A stretch of DNA of 64,000 nt from the human T2T-CHM13v2.0 reference genome, Homo sapiens: assembly GCF_009914755.1 (NCBI RefSeq), contig NC_060930.1, one strand, 5' to 3'. Shown in pieces: positions 31,409-47,225 of the stretch. Every line of letters begins with the position of its first letter. The stretch's first letter is position 1. Position numbers and translations under genes: made by a program. The notes beneath the pieces were generated by a model, which did no database searches, was not told where the DNA came from, and was given only the letters and a program-made list of their open reading frames with translations.

Positions 31409-31541
31409 GTGGCTCATGCCTATAATCTCAACACTTTGGGAAGCCAAGATGGATGGATTGCTTGAGTCCAGGAGTTCGACATCAGCCTGGGCAACATAGT
31501 GAAACCCAATCTCTTTAAAAAAAAATTAAAAAAAAAAAAAA
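31409..31541 (+). mobile_element. FLAM/Alu monomer with TSD
   Basis: TSD aaga(t/c)tttagaatgta on both sides. Confidence 0.88.
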
Positions 31542-31880
31542 GACTTTAGAATGTAAGTTTCTTCATTATCAAATAAAATTAGGTTATTTTTTATAACATA
31601 ATGGTTTAACATGCTATAATAACAGATATGAGGAAATAACACTCATTAAGTTCATTTTTCAAGTTATAGAAGTATTTACAGGTCTTGGTCAACACATATC
31701 TCAGGAAATAAAATGGAAAAATTAACCTTAAAATATTGATTAATTTTTTAAATGTATAGGCATTTTAGTGAAATTGAAGCTTTCTAGAAAACAGAAGCTG
31801 AGTATATGCTTTCTCTTAGTGGTTTAGTATTACTTCTTATTACTTTATGTATCAATAAGAGAAAATGAATCACTTTTTAG

Positions 31881-32021
31881 GTTTGTACTACAGAAAGTGC
31901 CAGTTAATTTCCAAGGAAGATGTTACTCATGATACGAGGCTTTTCTGTTTGATGCTGCCACCAAGCACTCATCTTCAAGTGCCCATTGGGCAACATGTTT
32001 ACCTCAAGCTACCTATTACAG
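31881..32021 (+). CDS. CYB5R4: CYB5R4 exon 11, FAD-binding domain: (G)LYYRKCQLISKEDVTHDTRLF...PIGQHVYLKLPIT(G)
   Basis: tttttag|GTTTG...TACAG|gtaagg; 141 nt; b5-reductase motifs THDTRLF and PIGQHV. Confidence 0.97.
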
Positions 32022-33509
32022 GTAAGGTGAATAGAGGCTTTGGGACACAATTTATTCTTTTATAAGCAGTTCAAAATCAGTACTATTCTCTCTAGAAAAC
32101 AACCATTTAAGTTATTAATAAATGTTTCCAGGCAGCTAGATTTAGTGATAGTCAGAATGTAGGTTTGTGACTGCAACGTGTCCTACATGTTGGAACTATA
32201 GCTGTACCACATTATCATATGGAACAAAGATATTGCCAGTAGTTTAGACAGATGATTCCACCAGCATTGTAATTTATTACTAACAAAACCCTAAAGGAAA
32301 GAGATGAGAGACTGCACAAATAGTCCTCCATGAAGACAACTACTAGAAGCTCATACTGGTGTCTCTTAGCAGCTACTTAGGGTTGTATCATTTATGAAGT
32401 TGAATCTATAAAATTTAAAATAAGTGAATGATTGGAAATGATTTTATTATATGTGCTACCAGTATAAGAAGCTCTATAAATGTATAAATATGAATTCTTT
32501 TTTCTTTCATTTTCATCCTAAATTTACCTCACTTGTTTTGAATACCCTTCTTATTGACGTCCAACATTTTCTTGGCCTTTTGAAGCTGCAAACGGTAAAA
32601 TTCTCCTGTCAGCTGTAGTGTTTCTGGCAGTCGTCTAAAATGTTACCACCTAGGTCTCAGAAGATATGATATATTATGATGAGGCACTGTTAAGGTTTTC
32701 TGTTTTTCATCACTAATGGCTGGTTTTCTCTTTTTCATCACTAATGCCTGGTTACCTAATTCAAGAGCTGGTATCTTCTCCAGTTATTGCCAATGCATTT
32801 TAATTTATATATGTATTTTGTATACATTGAGGAGCCATGCGTAAAATTTTTGGTCTTTCAAACATGCAATGATTCTTCTCTTTGGAATTTGGCTACCTAA
32901 AATAAAATGAGTTCTTATTTATTTTACTCTTTAAGAAAATAATATATTCTTAGAAGTAGCTGGATTAACATTCTTTTTATTCAGTTACCAAAGTAATATG
33001 TAATATGTTAAAATATTAAAACAATTTAAAGTACATAAAGTAAAAAGTGAAATTTCTTCCTTTTTCTCCGCCAAATGATCCCATTGGTCATCAGTAACAT
33101 TTTTAAAAATTTGGTGTATAATTAAAATTATTAGGTAAATAGTTTTTTTTTACATCTCCATGGTAACTTTTGATGCCGTTTTTGTTGTAGCCCATTACAA
33201 AGTTTATTTGCTGATGGAATAGATGGTTGTCTAAAATTATTACCATATATTTCTATTAAATTAGACTATACATCATAAAAACAGATTGTTTATATTATGG
33301 GTACAGTATTGATTTGTGAAAATTGTTTCGGCACACATAGGCTTGGGGTATATATACTATATACATATAGAAAAATAATTAGAATTATATGCCCATTAGG
33401 TATATAGTTTTAAATATATACTGATAGTGTCAAAATTTGGATGTTTCATTTTCATTGAGATTTTTGGATTTTTAGAATTTAATTATTTTGCTGTGATTTT
33501 TTTTTCTAG

Positions 33510-33662
33510 GTACAGAAATAGTAAAGCCATATACACCTGTATCTGGTTCCTTACTCTCAGAGTTCAAGGAACCAGTTCTTCCCAACAATAAATACATCTA
33601 CTTTTTGATAAAAATCTATCCCACTGGACTCTTCACACCAGAGCTTGATCGTCTTCAGATTG
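33510..33662 (+). CDS. CYB5R4: CYB5R4 exon 12: (G)TEIVKPYTPVSGSLLSEFKEPVLPNNKYIYFLIKIYPTGLFTPELDRLQI(G)
   Basis: tttctag|GTACAG...GATTG|gttagt; 153 nt; KPYTP (RxYT-type FAD motif) and IKIYP.G. Confidence 0.97.
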
Positions 33663-34194
33663 GTTAGTATTTTTACATTTTTTAAACCTCATTTGTGCTC
33701 TAGATTGGATCACATTGTCCTCTAGTTATCTCCATGTAGGAGTCTATCAGATATCTTTAACTCAACATGTCTACAACCAAAGTTATCTTCTCCTTGTCCT
33801 ACACAGCGTGGCCATGCTCCATATTCCTTATTTTTATTATTTGCAGCATCACTGTTCATCCTTGATCCAATCTGGAAACTCGAGTCGGCCTTGATTCTTC
33901 CCACTTTCTCTTTCCCAGTCCAGTCAGCCGCTAAGTTCTGTTGAGTCTACATCTCAGTGACTTTTTCAGCTACCTCTTCTGCCACTGTCTTACAGTAAGC
34001 CTTCATCATATCTTCATTGGCTTCTGTTTCCTTACAATTGACCCTACTGCTTCGCAGCTTTGAAACCTCTGATGGGTCCCCATTATCTGTACTGCATGAC
34101 CTACAAAGACTTTGATAATCTCTCCAGCTTCATATCTTGCTATACAAAAATACTTGTGCTACTCAGAGTTCCACAGATTTGTCATCCTCATTCA

Positions 34195-34674
<480 letters not shown>

Positions 34675-34795
34675 TTATAAGAATAAATATATTTCTTCAT
34701 TACAAGACTTTGAGTTTAAGAGCAGAAATTGTCTTACTTATCTTTGTATTTCCACCACCTGGCATGGCAGTTGGTACATAATAGGCTGTCAGTAA

Positions 34796-35117
<322 letters not shown>

Positions 35118-36102
35118 TGAAGGAATGAATAAAGAACTATAATGAGATCTATTAAGATTTAAAAACTTCTCTTGCTTCTGCTCCCTTTTGGTGTCACCTC
35201 CTTTTTCTATATTTTCTTTTCACTTTTTACCTAATAGCAAAAGTGTTCCTCTTTCCAAGGCAGCATTAGCAATACATTGGGATACCAGTGAAGTGGATTA
35301 CTAAAATTTGGAAATAAACAAAATTACATTACTTTCTGAAATGTAGTAGATATGATTCTGCTAATTATGTCTACTTCACATAATAGATATGATTAGTCAT
35401 CCTTGGTTACGTAAACCAAAATATTGTATATGAATTTGAACCTGAAGTATTTTGGAGTACCTACAAATCTAATGAAGGTGATTATCACCTTGTGAGAGAA
35501 GGACTGACGCATGATTGTAATAAAGTAAGTGGAAACTTAAGGAATGGTATTATAGCCTATTTACGGAGATTTTTGCGAACATAGCAGGGTGGAGAGTTGT
35601 CCTAGAGCATGGAAAGGGAAAGCTCAAAGAACAAGATGAAGTATTATTTCAACTTCATTTAGGGAGGCTTGACATGGCACAAATATTTGTGTCACTTAGA
35701 GAGTTGTACACTAAATGAATGAACCCATACAATTATTCATCTCTTTGTTTCAATCCCGTGTTCACTAAGCAACATGATTTTACATGATTAATTTGGCTTT
35801 CCATGTGTTCTGATACTGGAAACAAGATATCCTCAATGGGACATGTAATGTTCAGGTCACTAGATACATGTAACCCCAGCTGTAAGTCAGTTGCCATTCT
35901 GGCATGTGTGCTTTAATCTCTTCTGAATTTGATTAGCATCAGTTATCCTATGTGAGTCTAATCAATTTTGTTAACATTGGAAAGACTGGGCTGTGGGTAA
36001 AAGTTACCAAGTTAATACTCTCCTCTGAGGCTTCTTTAGTAAACAACTATCTGGCTTTCCTAAAGACACTCTAATCTTATGGTCTTTTTCAAACTATAAT
36101 GA

Positions 36103-36494
<392 letters not shown>

Positions 36495-37341
36495 TGAGCA
36501 TCCAAGCATTTTAAAATAGAGTATTTTAAATCATTTAAAAATTATAGCAGCTTTATTTTTCCTTTTTAAGATTACATTTCAAGTTTCTGAATCTAGTCCT
36601 AAAGGTAATTTTCTCATATGAATGGTACATGGTGATTATATCAACTGGGCTGTAGAAAATGGGCACTGATTTCTCAACTGTGTTGATTCTAGATTGGTAA
36701 GTGACATGCTCCAAGTATAGTTGACTGCATTTCTGATCTTGCTTTGTTTTTATGGGAATTAAACTCAGAATAGCCCTTCTTAATAGGTCTTTTCAAAAAT
36801 TTGGTAGAAGAGAAGTTGGTGTGTTAATCAACATAAGATTTTAGAATGCATTTCTATTTCAATTTTCTCTCCTACTAATCCTGTTACTGTGGTTAATAAT
36901 CAATGTGTAAATAGTGAATATCTGTTCTTTACTCTGTACCAGGTAAGACAAATATATATGGACTCTGCTTTTGAAGTACTTAGAATTTAGTTTAGCAATC
37001 AATCCTTTATTGATAATTTGTGGATAAGTACTTTGCAGTAGTTTGTAAATTTCAGACTTCAGATGGTTTGGCAAAATAGTGGTGGGAAATTATATCATAA
37101 AACCTCATTATTAATTTGACTGTAATGATATAATTCAGACATACTTAGGGGCCTAATGAGTATCCTTAAGACTACTTACATATCTTAAAGACTGATAAAT
37201 AGTCTGCAAGTTAAGTATTTATACTGTTACTCCTCAGTGTTTTAAATTCAGCTAGTTTTGGCTTCTTAGTTTCCCCGCTGGGTTTTTTGTTTTGTTTTTT
37301 GTTTTTTTTTTTTCTGATTTAGCTTATGTTTCATTGTTTAG

Positions 37342-37492
37342 GAGATTTTGTTTCTGTAAGCAGTCCTGAGGGCAATTTTAAAATATCCAAGTTCCAAGAA
37401 TTAGAAGATCTCTTTTTGTTGGCAGCTGGAACAGGCTTCACACCAATGGTTAAAATACTGAATTATGCTTTGACTGATATACCCAGTCTCAG
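37342..37492 (+). CDS. CYB5R4: CYB5R4 exon 13: (G)DFVSVSSPEGNF...LLAAGTGFTPMVKILNYALTDIPSL(R)
   Basis: gtttag|GAGAT...CTCAG|gtatgt; 151 nt; NAD(P)H-binding motif AAGTGFTP. Confidence 0.97.
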
Positions 37493-37800
37493 GTATGTAA
37501 TTTTGTCTCTAATTACGATCCTTTTTGAGGCTGTTATATTAGTATAAGGTATTCTAAATTGATTACTCACTGGACCTTAATAGACATGTTACCATTTCCT
37601 CATTCATCATTTCTTACTTTGCCTCCTCTAATCCTAGCTATTTTATTAACTAGGTTCTTTTATCTCATTTCAGTTTTTGATGATTTTTAGTTACCTACTG
37701 GGCACTAAAACATTCACACTGGTTCACTTTAGACTTTCCATTTGTGCATATTTTAAATGTAATTAATTAGTTATTTCTGAGTTTTTTTTTTTCTCTTAAG

Positions 37801-37887
37801 GAAAGTGAAGCTGATGTTCTTCAATAAAACAGAAGATGATATAATTTGGAGAAGCCAATTGGAGAAATTAGCATTTAAAGATAAAAG
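37801..37887 (+). CDS. CYB5R4: CYB5R4 exon 14: (R)KVKLMFFNKTEDDIIWRSQLEKLAFKDK(R)
   Basis: ttctcttaag|GAAAG...AAAAG|gtatta; 87 nt, phase 2-2; N.TE.DI motif of b5 reductases. Confidence 0.96.
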
Positions 37888-39456
37888 GTATTAAACTGAT
37901 ATTAGCTCTGCGTTTAGTTATTTATACCTGGGTAGTAAGTCTATGCCTTATCTTCTCTGGTTGAAGCTTTGATTGTCCAGGAAGCTCCTTCAAAGAAAAA
38001 AAATAAACCAATAATTCTCTAACTAGAAATCATGTTAAATGTTCCCCTTCCCTCAAAGAAACACTGTCTGGCAAGATCTAGGCAACCTTATATATGTGTC
38101 ACTAAGATGCATATTGGGCTTTATGATCATGTTATGTGATTTATACTGAGTTGGGTTTCACTGAAAATGTTCCAATGTAGCCAGTTTGGTAATGCAAGAT
38201 TTTTCCTGTTATACTGGGGCTGATAAAATAAGCATTTGGTGAGAATGGATTAAGCAAAATTAAACATGATATGGGATTTCTAAAGCCTTTAATATGTTAG
38301 TATCCTTTGTGACTTTCCAAGAGAGGAATTTTTTATGCATTGCTTAGCAAAATTCCTTTTATGTTTGTTTGTTTGCATTAACACTTCTTCGCTCTTTCAC
38401 TAGTGATCCTTGGTACACACTTTGGGAAGTGCTGGTACAGATAATAGAAAAAAGTTCTAGTCAAGCTGAACTCAGTAGTGGAATGGGACAGAAAGGATAA
38501 CAAAAGTGAAAACTTATTTTATTGATTAAAGAGCTCAGCCCAGTAAACTAAAATAAGAAGATAATTTAACTGAATATATGCTCCATTTCCCCTAAAAAGA
38601 TTTGAAAGCAGTAGGAAGTTCAGAACAATCTTTTCACAAAAAGTGAATTCAATAAGTTATCATACTTTCTAAAGCATTTCTATAATCATTAAAAGCTATT
38701 TCTAAGAATTTTAGGGCTTTATAAATTACACAAAAGATCTGAAGTAAATATGTATGTATATGAAAGGATGGTATACATAAAATTCTAGGCCTTTTAAAAG
38801 AGTAAAGCCCTTAGAACTTTGTTAGCTGTCCAGGGGCTCGAGGTTCTTCTGAATATTTTCTGAATGTCCATAATAAGAAAATGCTGTGGTCTTTTCCCAT
38901 TTTTCCCTCCCTGCTGTCTCCCATCATCCTCCACTTTGTCTTTTAATAAATGACTTTCAAAATTAAGGATGACACCTGAATTTATTTATCCTTGAAGTAT
39001 TTACTATTCTTTACATACTAAAAACATAGACCTAAGAACATTTATTATAAGTAGTTGTGTGGCATTTTAGAGAATTATTTAAAGAAGTTCAAGTTCTTAG
39101 TTTTTCAAGTATTTTTTAACACATTTTCAAAGTGGAAAATTGGAAGCGTTTATCAAGAAGCCTAAAGACCTAAATTCCAGTTGCCATTCTGCTCCTCACC
39201 AGCATGAAACTTTATTCACAAATTACTTACCTCTGGGGGCCTCTTTATCTTCAAAAGAAAATAATGCTGTCTTTTCTACTTCATAAAGTATTGTGAGCTT
39301 TGGAGAAGATAACGTAAATGCTTTGGAACCTGTGAAGCCCTCCCTCAGACATTTGAATTGTGGTTATAGAGGACCCCTATGTACATGTTTGTTTTCTGTC
39401 TTCACCGTTAGAGCTTCTGTTTTTGTAAGTAAATGTTTAAAAGAATTTAAACTGGT

Positions 39457-42400
39457 CGATTCCTGGGCAAGATAGCCAAATAGGAACAGCTCCGGTCTGC
39501 AGCTCCCAGCGAGACCAACACGGAAGGCCGGTGATTTCTGCATTTCCAACTGAGATACCTGGTTCATCTCATTGGGACTGATTATACAGTGGGTGCAGTC
39601 CATGGAGGGCGAGCAGAAGCATGGTGGGGTGTTGTCTCACCCGGGAAGCTCAAGTGGTTGGCACTAGCCAAGGGAAGCCATGAGGGACTGTGCCATGAGT
39701 GACTGTGCTATCCAGCCCAGATACTACGCTTTTTCCACAGTCTTTGCAACCTGCAGACCAGGAGATTCCCTTGGGTGCCTACACCACCAGGGCCCTGGGT
39801 TTCAAGCACAAACTTGGGTGGCCATTTGGGCAGACACCAAGCTAGCTGCAGGAGTTTTTTTTTGTACCCCAGTGGCGCCTGGAACACCAGAGAGACAGAA
39901 CCATTCACTCCCCTGGAAAGGGGGCTGAAGCCAGGGAGCCAGGTGGTCTTGCTCAGCGGATCCCACCCCAACGGAGCCCAGCAAGCTAAAATCCACTGGC
40001 TTGAAATTCTCGCTGCAAGCACAGCAGTTTGAAGTTGATGGGGGACACTTGAGCCTGGTGGGGGGAGGGGCGTCCACCATTACTGAGGCTTGAGTAGGTG
40101 GTTTTCCACTCACAGTGTAAAAAAAGCCACTGGGAAGTTCGGACTAAGCAGAGCCCACCACAGCACCGAAAAGCCATGATAGCCAGACTGCCTCTCTAGA
40201 TTCCTCCTCTCTGCAGGGCACCTCTGAAAGAAAGGCAGCAGCCCCAATCAGAGGCTTATAGATAAAATTCCCATCTCCCTGGGACAGAGTGCCTGGGGGA
40301 AGGGGCAGCTATGGGCACAGCTTCAGCAGACTTAAATATTCCTGCTTGCTGGCTCTGAAGAGAGCAGTGGATCTCCCAGCACAGTGCTCGAGCTCTGCTA
40401 AGTGACCGACTGCCTCCTCAAGTGGGTCCCTGACACCTGAGCCTCCTGACGGGGAGACACCCCCCAGCAGGGGTCAACAGACACCTCATACAGGAGAGCT
40501 CTGGCTGGCATTTGGTGGGTGCCCTCTGGGATGAAGCTTCCAGAGGAAGGAACAGGCAGCAATCTTTGCTGTTCTGCAGCCTCTGCTGGTGATACCCAGG
40601 AAAACAGGGTCTAGAGTGGACTCCCGGCAAACTCCAGCAGACTTGCAGCAGAGGGGCCTGACTGTTATAAGGTAAACTAACAAACAGAAAGCAATAGCAT
40701 CAACATCAAAAAAAAAAGGATGACCAAGCAAACACTCCATCCAAAGGTCACCAACAGCAAAGACCAAAGGTAGATAAATCCACGAAGTTGAGGAAAAACC
40801 TATGCAAAAAGGCTGAAAATGCCAACAACCAGAATGCCTCTTCTCCTCCAAAGGATCACAACTCCTCACTAGCAAGGGAACATAACTGGATGGATAATGA
40901 ATTTGACAAATTGACAGAAGTAGGCTTCAGAAGGTGGGTAATAACAAATTCCTGAAGGAGCATGTTCTAACCCAGTGCAAGGAAGCTAAGAACCTTGACA
41001 GAAGGCTAGAGGAGTATCTAACTAGAATAACCAGTTTGGAGAAGAACATAAAAGACCTGATGGAACTGAAAAACAGCACGAGAACATCATGAAGCATACA
41101 CAAGTATCCATAGCCAAATCGATCAAGCGGAAGAAAGGATATCAGAGATTGAAGACCAACTCAATGAAATAAAGTGAGAAGACAAGATTAGAGAAAAAAG
41201 AATGAAAAGGAATGAACAAAGCCTCCAAGAAATATGGGACTACATTTGGTGTACCTGAAAGTGACAGAGAGAATGGAACCAAGTTGGAAAATACACTTCC
41301 GGATACTATCCAAGAGAACTTCCCCAACCTAGCAACACAGGCCAACATTCAACTTCAGGAAATACAGAGAACACCACAAAGATACTTCTTGAGAAGAGCA
41401 ACCCCAGGACATAATCGTCAGATTCACCAAGGTTGAAATGAAGGAAAAAAATGTTAAGGGCAGCCAGAGAGGAAGGTCAGGTTACCCACAAAGGGAAGCC
41501 CATCAGACTAACAGGGGATCTCTCTGCAGAAACCCTACAAACCAGAAGAGATTGGGGGCCAATATTCTACATTCTTAAAGAAAAGAGTTTTTAATCCAGA
41601 ATTTCATATCCAGCCAAATTAAGCTTCATAAGCAAAGGAGAAATAAAATCCTTTAAAGACAAGCAAATGCTGAGGGATTTCGTCACCACCAGGCCTGCCT
41701 TACAAGAGTTCCTGAAGGAAGTACTAAATATGAAAAAGAAAAACTGGTACCAGCCACTGCAGAAACATAGCAGAATGTAAAGACCATTGAAACTATGAAG
41801 AAAATGCATCAACTAATAGGCAAAATAACCAGCTAGCATCATAATGACAGGATCAAATTCACACATAACTATATTAACCTTAAATGTAAACGGGCTAAAT
41901 GCCCCAGTGAAAAGGTACAGTCTGGCAAATTGGATAAAGAGTCAAGACCCATCAGTGTGCCGTGTTCAGGAGACCCATCTCATGTACAAAGACACACATA
42001 GGCTCAAAATAAAGAGATGGAGGAAGATTTACCAAGCCAATGGAAAGCAAAAAAAAAAGCAGGAGTTGCAATCCTAGTTTCCGATAAAACAGACTTTAAA
42101 CCAACAAAGATCAAAAAAGACAAGGGCATTACATAATGCTAAAGGGATTAACAAGAAGAGCTAACTGTCCTAAATATATATGCACCCAATACAGGAGCAC
42201 CCAGATTCATAAAGCAAGTTCTTAGAGACCTACGAAGAGACACTTTCACACAATAATAGTGGGAGACTTTAACACCCTACTGTCAATATTAGACAGATCA
42301 ATGAGACAGAAAATTAATAAGGATATTCAGGACTTGAACTCAGCTCTGCACCAAGCAGACCTAATAGACATCTATGGAACTCTTCACCCCAAATCAACAG

Positions 42401-45400
42401 GATATACATTCTTCACAGCACCACATAGCACTTATTCTAAAATCGACCACATAATTGGAAGTAAAACACTCCTCAGCAAATGCAAAGGAACAGAAATCAT
42501 AACGGTCTCCCAGACCACAGTGCAATCAAATTAGAACTCAGGATTAAGAAACTCACTCAAAACCGCACAACTACGTGGAAACTGAACAACCTGCTCTTGA
42601 ATGACTACTGCAGAAATAACGAAATTAAGGCAGAAATAAATAAGTTCTTTGAAACCAATGAGAACAAAGACACAACGTACCAGAATCTCTGGGACACAGC
42701 TAAAGCAGTGTATAGAGGGAAATTTATATCACAAAATGCCTATAGGAGAAAGCGGGAAAGATCTAAAATCGACACCCTAACATCACAATGAGAAGAACTA
42801 GAGAAGCAACAGCAAACAAATTCAAAAGCTAGCAGAAGACAAGAAATAACTAAGATCAGAGAAAAATGTAAGGAGATAGAGACATGAAAAACCCTTCAAA
42901 AAATCAATGACTCCAGGAGCTGGTATTTTGAAAAGAATAACAGAATGGATAGACCGCTAGTCAGACTAATAAAGAAGAAAAGAGAGAAGAATCAAATAGA
43001 TACAATAAAAAATGATAAAGGGGAGATCACCACTGATCCCACAGAAATACAGACTACCATCAGATAATACTATAAACAACTCCACACAAATAAAGTAGAA
43101 GATCTAGAAGAAGTGGATAAATTCCTGGACACATACACCCTCCCAAGACTAAACCAGGAAGAAGCTGAATCCTTGAATAGACCCAGTAACAAGTTGTGAA
43201 ACTGAGGTAGTAATTAATAGCCTACCAAACAAAAAAAGCTCAGGACCAGATGGATTTACAGCTGAATTCTACCAGAGATACAAAGAGGAGCTGGTACCAT
43301 TCCTTCTGAAACTATTCCAAACAGTAGAAAAAGAGGGAATCCTCCCTAACTCATTTTATGAGGCCAGCATCATTCTGATACCAAAACCTGGCAGAGATGC
43401 AACAAAAAAAGAAAATTTCAGGCCAATATCCCTGATGAACATCGATGCAAAAATCCTCAATAAAATACTTGCAAACTGAATCCAGCAGCACATTAAAAAG
43501 CTTTTCCACCACGATCAAGTGGGCTTTATCCCTGGGATGCAAGGCTGATTCAACATACACAAATCAATAAACGTATTGCATCACATAAACAGAACTGATG
43601 ACAAAAACCACGTGATGATCTCAATAGATGCAGAAAAGGCCTTCAATAAAATTCAACACCCCTTCATGCTAAAAACACTCAAACTAGGTATTGATGGAAC
43701 ATATCTTAAAGTAATAAGAGCAGTTTATGACAAACCCACATCTGATATCATGCTGAATGGGCAAAAGCTGGAAGCATTCCCTTTGAAAACTGGCACAAGA
43801 CAAGGATATCCCCTCTCACCACTCCTATTCAACATAGTATTGCAAGTTCTGGCCAGGGCAGTCAGGTAAGGGAAAGAAAGAAAGGGTATTCAGATAGGAA
43901 AAGAGGAAGTCAAATTATCTCTGTTTCCAGATGACATGATTGTATATTTAGAAAGCCCCATCATCTCAGCCCAAAAACTCTTTAAGCTGATAAGCAACTT
44001 CAGCAAAGTCTCAGGATACAAAATCAATGTGCAAAAGTCACAAGCATTCCTATACACCAATAATAGAGAGCGAAATCATGAGTGAACTCCCATTCACAAA
44101 TGCTACAAAGAGAATAAAATACCTAGGAATCCAACTTACAAGAGATGTGAAGGACGTCTTCAAGGAGAACTGCAAACCACTACTCCAGGAAATAGGACAC
44201 AAACAAATGGAAAAACATTCCATGCTGATGGATAGGAAGAATCAATATGAAAATGGCCATACTGCCCAAAGTAATTTATAGATTTAATGCCATCCCCATC
44301 AAGCTACCATTGACTTTCTTCACAGAATTAGAAAAAAACTATTTTAAATTTCATATGGAACCAAAAAAGAGCTCGTATAGCCAAGACAATCCTAAGCAAA
44401 AAGAACAAAGCTGGAGGCATCACGCTACCTGACTTCAAACTATACTGCAAGGCCACAGTAACCAAAACGGCATGGTACTGGTACCAAAACAGATATATAG
44501 ACTAGTGGAACAGAATACAGGTCTCAGAAATAATGCCACACATTTACAACCATCTGATCTTCCACAAACCTGACAAAAACAAGCAATAGGGAAAGGATTC
44601 CCTATTTAATAAATGGTGTTGGGAAAAGTCACTAGCCATATGCACAAAACTAAAACTGGACCCTTCCTTACACCTTATGCAAAAATTAAGATGGACTAAA
44701 GATTTAAACATAAAATCTAAAACCATAAAAACCCTAGAAGAAAACTTAGGCAGTACCATTCAGGACACAGGCATGGGCAAAGACTTCATGACTAAAACTC
44801 CAAAAGCAATTGCAACAAAAGCTAAAATTGACAAATGGGCTCTAATTAAGAGCTTCTGTATAGCAAAATAAATTATCGTCAGAGTGAACAGGCAACCTAC
44901 AGAATGGGAGAAAATGTTTGCAATCTATCCATCTGACAAAGGGCTAATATCCAGAATCTACAAGGAGCTTAAACAAATTTACAAGGAAAAAAATCCCATC
45001 AGAAAGTGTGGGCAAAGGATATCAACAGACACTTTCCAATAGAAGACATTTATGCAGCCAACAAACATACTGGTCATTAGAGAAATGCAAGTCAAAACCA
45101 CAATGAGATACCATCTCACATCATTAGGATGGCGATCATTTAAAAAGTCAGGAAACAACATGCTGGAGAGGGTGTGGAGAAATAGGAACACTTTTACACT
45201 GTTGGCAGGAGTGCAAATTAGTTCAACCCTTGTGGAAGACAGTGTGGTGATTTCTTAAGGATTTAGAACCAGAAATACCATTTGACCCAGCAATCCCATT
45301 ACTGGGTATATACCCAAAGCATGATAAATCATTCTACTGTAAAGATACATGCACATGTATGTTTATTGCAGCACTATTCACAATAGCAAAGACTTGGAAC

Positions 45401-45800
45401 CAACCTAAATGTCCATCAATGATAGACTGGATAAAGAAAATGTGGCACATTACACCATGGAATACTATGCAGCCATAAAAAAGGATGAGTTCATGTCCTT
45501 TGCAGGGACACGGATGAAGCTGGAAACCATCATTCTCAGCAAACTAACACAGAAACAAAACCAAATACCGCATGTTCTTACTCATAAGTGGGAGTTGAAC
45601 AATGAGAACATATGGGCACAGGAAGGGGAACATCACACAACAGGGCCTGTCACAGGGTGGGGGCCAAAGGGAGGGATAGAATTAGGAGAAATACCTAATG
45701 TAGATGACAGGTTGATGGGTGCAGCAAACCACCATGCACATGTATACCTATGTAACCTGCACGTTCTACACATGTATCCCAGAACTTAAAGTATAATAAT
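39457..45800 (+). mobile_element. Near full-length inactive L1PA (about L1PA7-8), sense to CYB5R4 in intron 14
   Basis: 5' UTR caagatagccaaataggaacagctccggtctgcagctccc; ORF1 remnants; ORF2 start MTGSNSHITILTLNVNGLN at 41844; RT motifs; 3' UTR ending gaacttaaagtataat; many stops and frameshifts. Confidence 0.96.
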
Positions 45801-47069
45801 TTTTTTAAAAAGTAAACAGACATAGGTAGGCTTAAGATTGTTTTTTAGAAAAGTATTTCTGATGGTTTTTTGGCTAAGGTATTCTTTTAGATAGTTACCT
45901 TATAAAAGCAATTTTGTAAAATTTTATTTTTTTAGGAATAGACATTGTACTTTTGACTTCAACTTGATTTATAAATTAATTGTTAAGGAAAGTGTTGACA
46001 GTCTCTGAACATAAAGTATCTTTTAATAGAGTCAACTGTGTTTTTTCTTTCGTTTTGATCTACATAATTTGGGTTGGTGAGGTTGCATAGGCTGGAGTTT
46101 TGAGGATGAGGAAAGGCCCCTTTTTTTTTCATGTCTGGATGCCTGGCTCTAACAGCACTCATCAGGTGAGTGGTACTCTCCAGCTTGCTGACGGAAGTGA
46201 TAGTGTTCCAACCTCTGGCCTGCCTTTATCCTCCCTCTGCTGTTCCTTCTCTTTCTCTTCTTGCTCTCCCTTGCTGGCTTGGGTGTGCTCTTTCTCTCTC
46301 CTCCCTAACCTCTTTCTGGAGACTTTGTTGTCCTTGCTTGAGGCACTGACTCCTAGTATTGTGTAATTTATGATCCCCATAGACTCCTGGCGTTTTGGGC
46401 TTTTTTTTTTTTTTTTTAGTGAGGTCAGGTCAAGCCCTAGCTAGAAAACAAAATGACCATGCCTGTGTATATGGCTTTGGAAGATTTAGCAGGAATTTTA
46501 CCATATTCTGAGGCTTGATGTAAAACATAGGAGAACCCTGGCCTTAAAGGCTTATTGATTGCATTTGCTAGTACTATTCAGCCAAAACATAATTATTGTG
46601 TCCCATACAAAAAAGGAAAGTAAAAGTTAAGATTTAAGTTGAGATGATTTTAATTAGTCACAGTTGTATTTTAGTTAGCATTTAAGGATCTTCATTTTCT
46701 AATATAGTAAATCATCACTCTTTACCATATCTTGACCCTCTCTATATCACTTTCAGTTTTAGTAGTAAAGTTCCTGATGCCAAAATATGTTACTGGAACA
46801 CATTTCTGTGGTTAAATTATTATTGAATTGTAAATATTAAAAAACAAATTTTGTAGTTAAGAGAAATACCCTACTGTCTATATAATTAGGTCCCAGTCTT
46901 CTACTCCATCCTTTGTGGAACAAGGAGAGGGATAGGAATTATGGATTCTGAGGCTGACATATGATCGAATATTTTCAGCAAGTGTGCTATGCTTGTCCGC
47001 AGAGTTTATCTAGAGAATATCATTAGCAAATGGAATTCTTCAAAATAAAATTGTATAATGGAAAGTTAT

Positions 47070-47225
47070 TAATCTCTTGGCCTTGGGCAAATTACTTTAT
47101 CTGGCTGAGCTTCAGTTTTTCCATCTATAAAACAAACATTAATACCTACACCACAGAATCATTTGGACATGGGAATCAATGAGTTAGCATATGTAGGTTC
47201 CTAGCCCAGAATTAGTATGTTTGTA
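47070..47225 (+). mobile_element. MIR
   Basis: ccttgggcaaattacttta...gagcttcagtttttccatctataaaac...taatacctac. Confidence 0.7.

Noticed and set aside
39364-45789. Many 60-130 aa ORFs on both strands
   Set aside because: These are fragments of a dead L1 (ORF1, ORF2, UTR) broken by stops and frameshifts, not host genes or an active element
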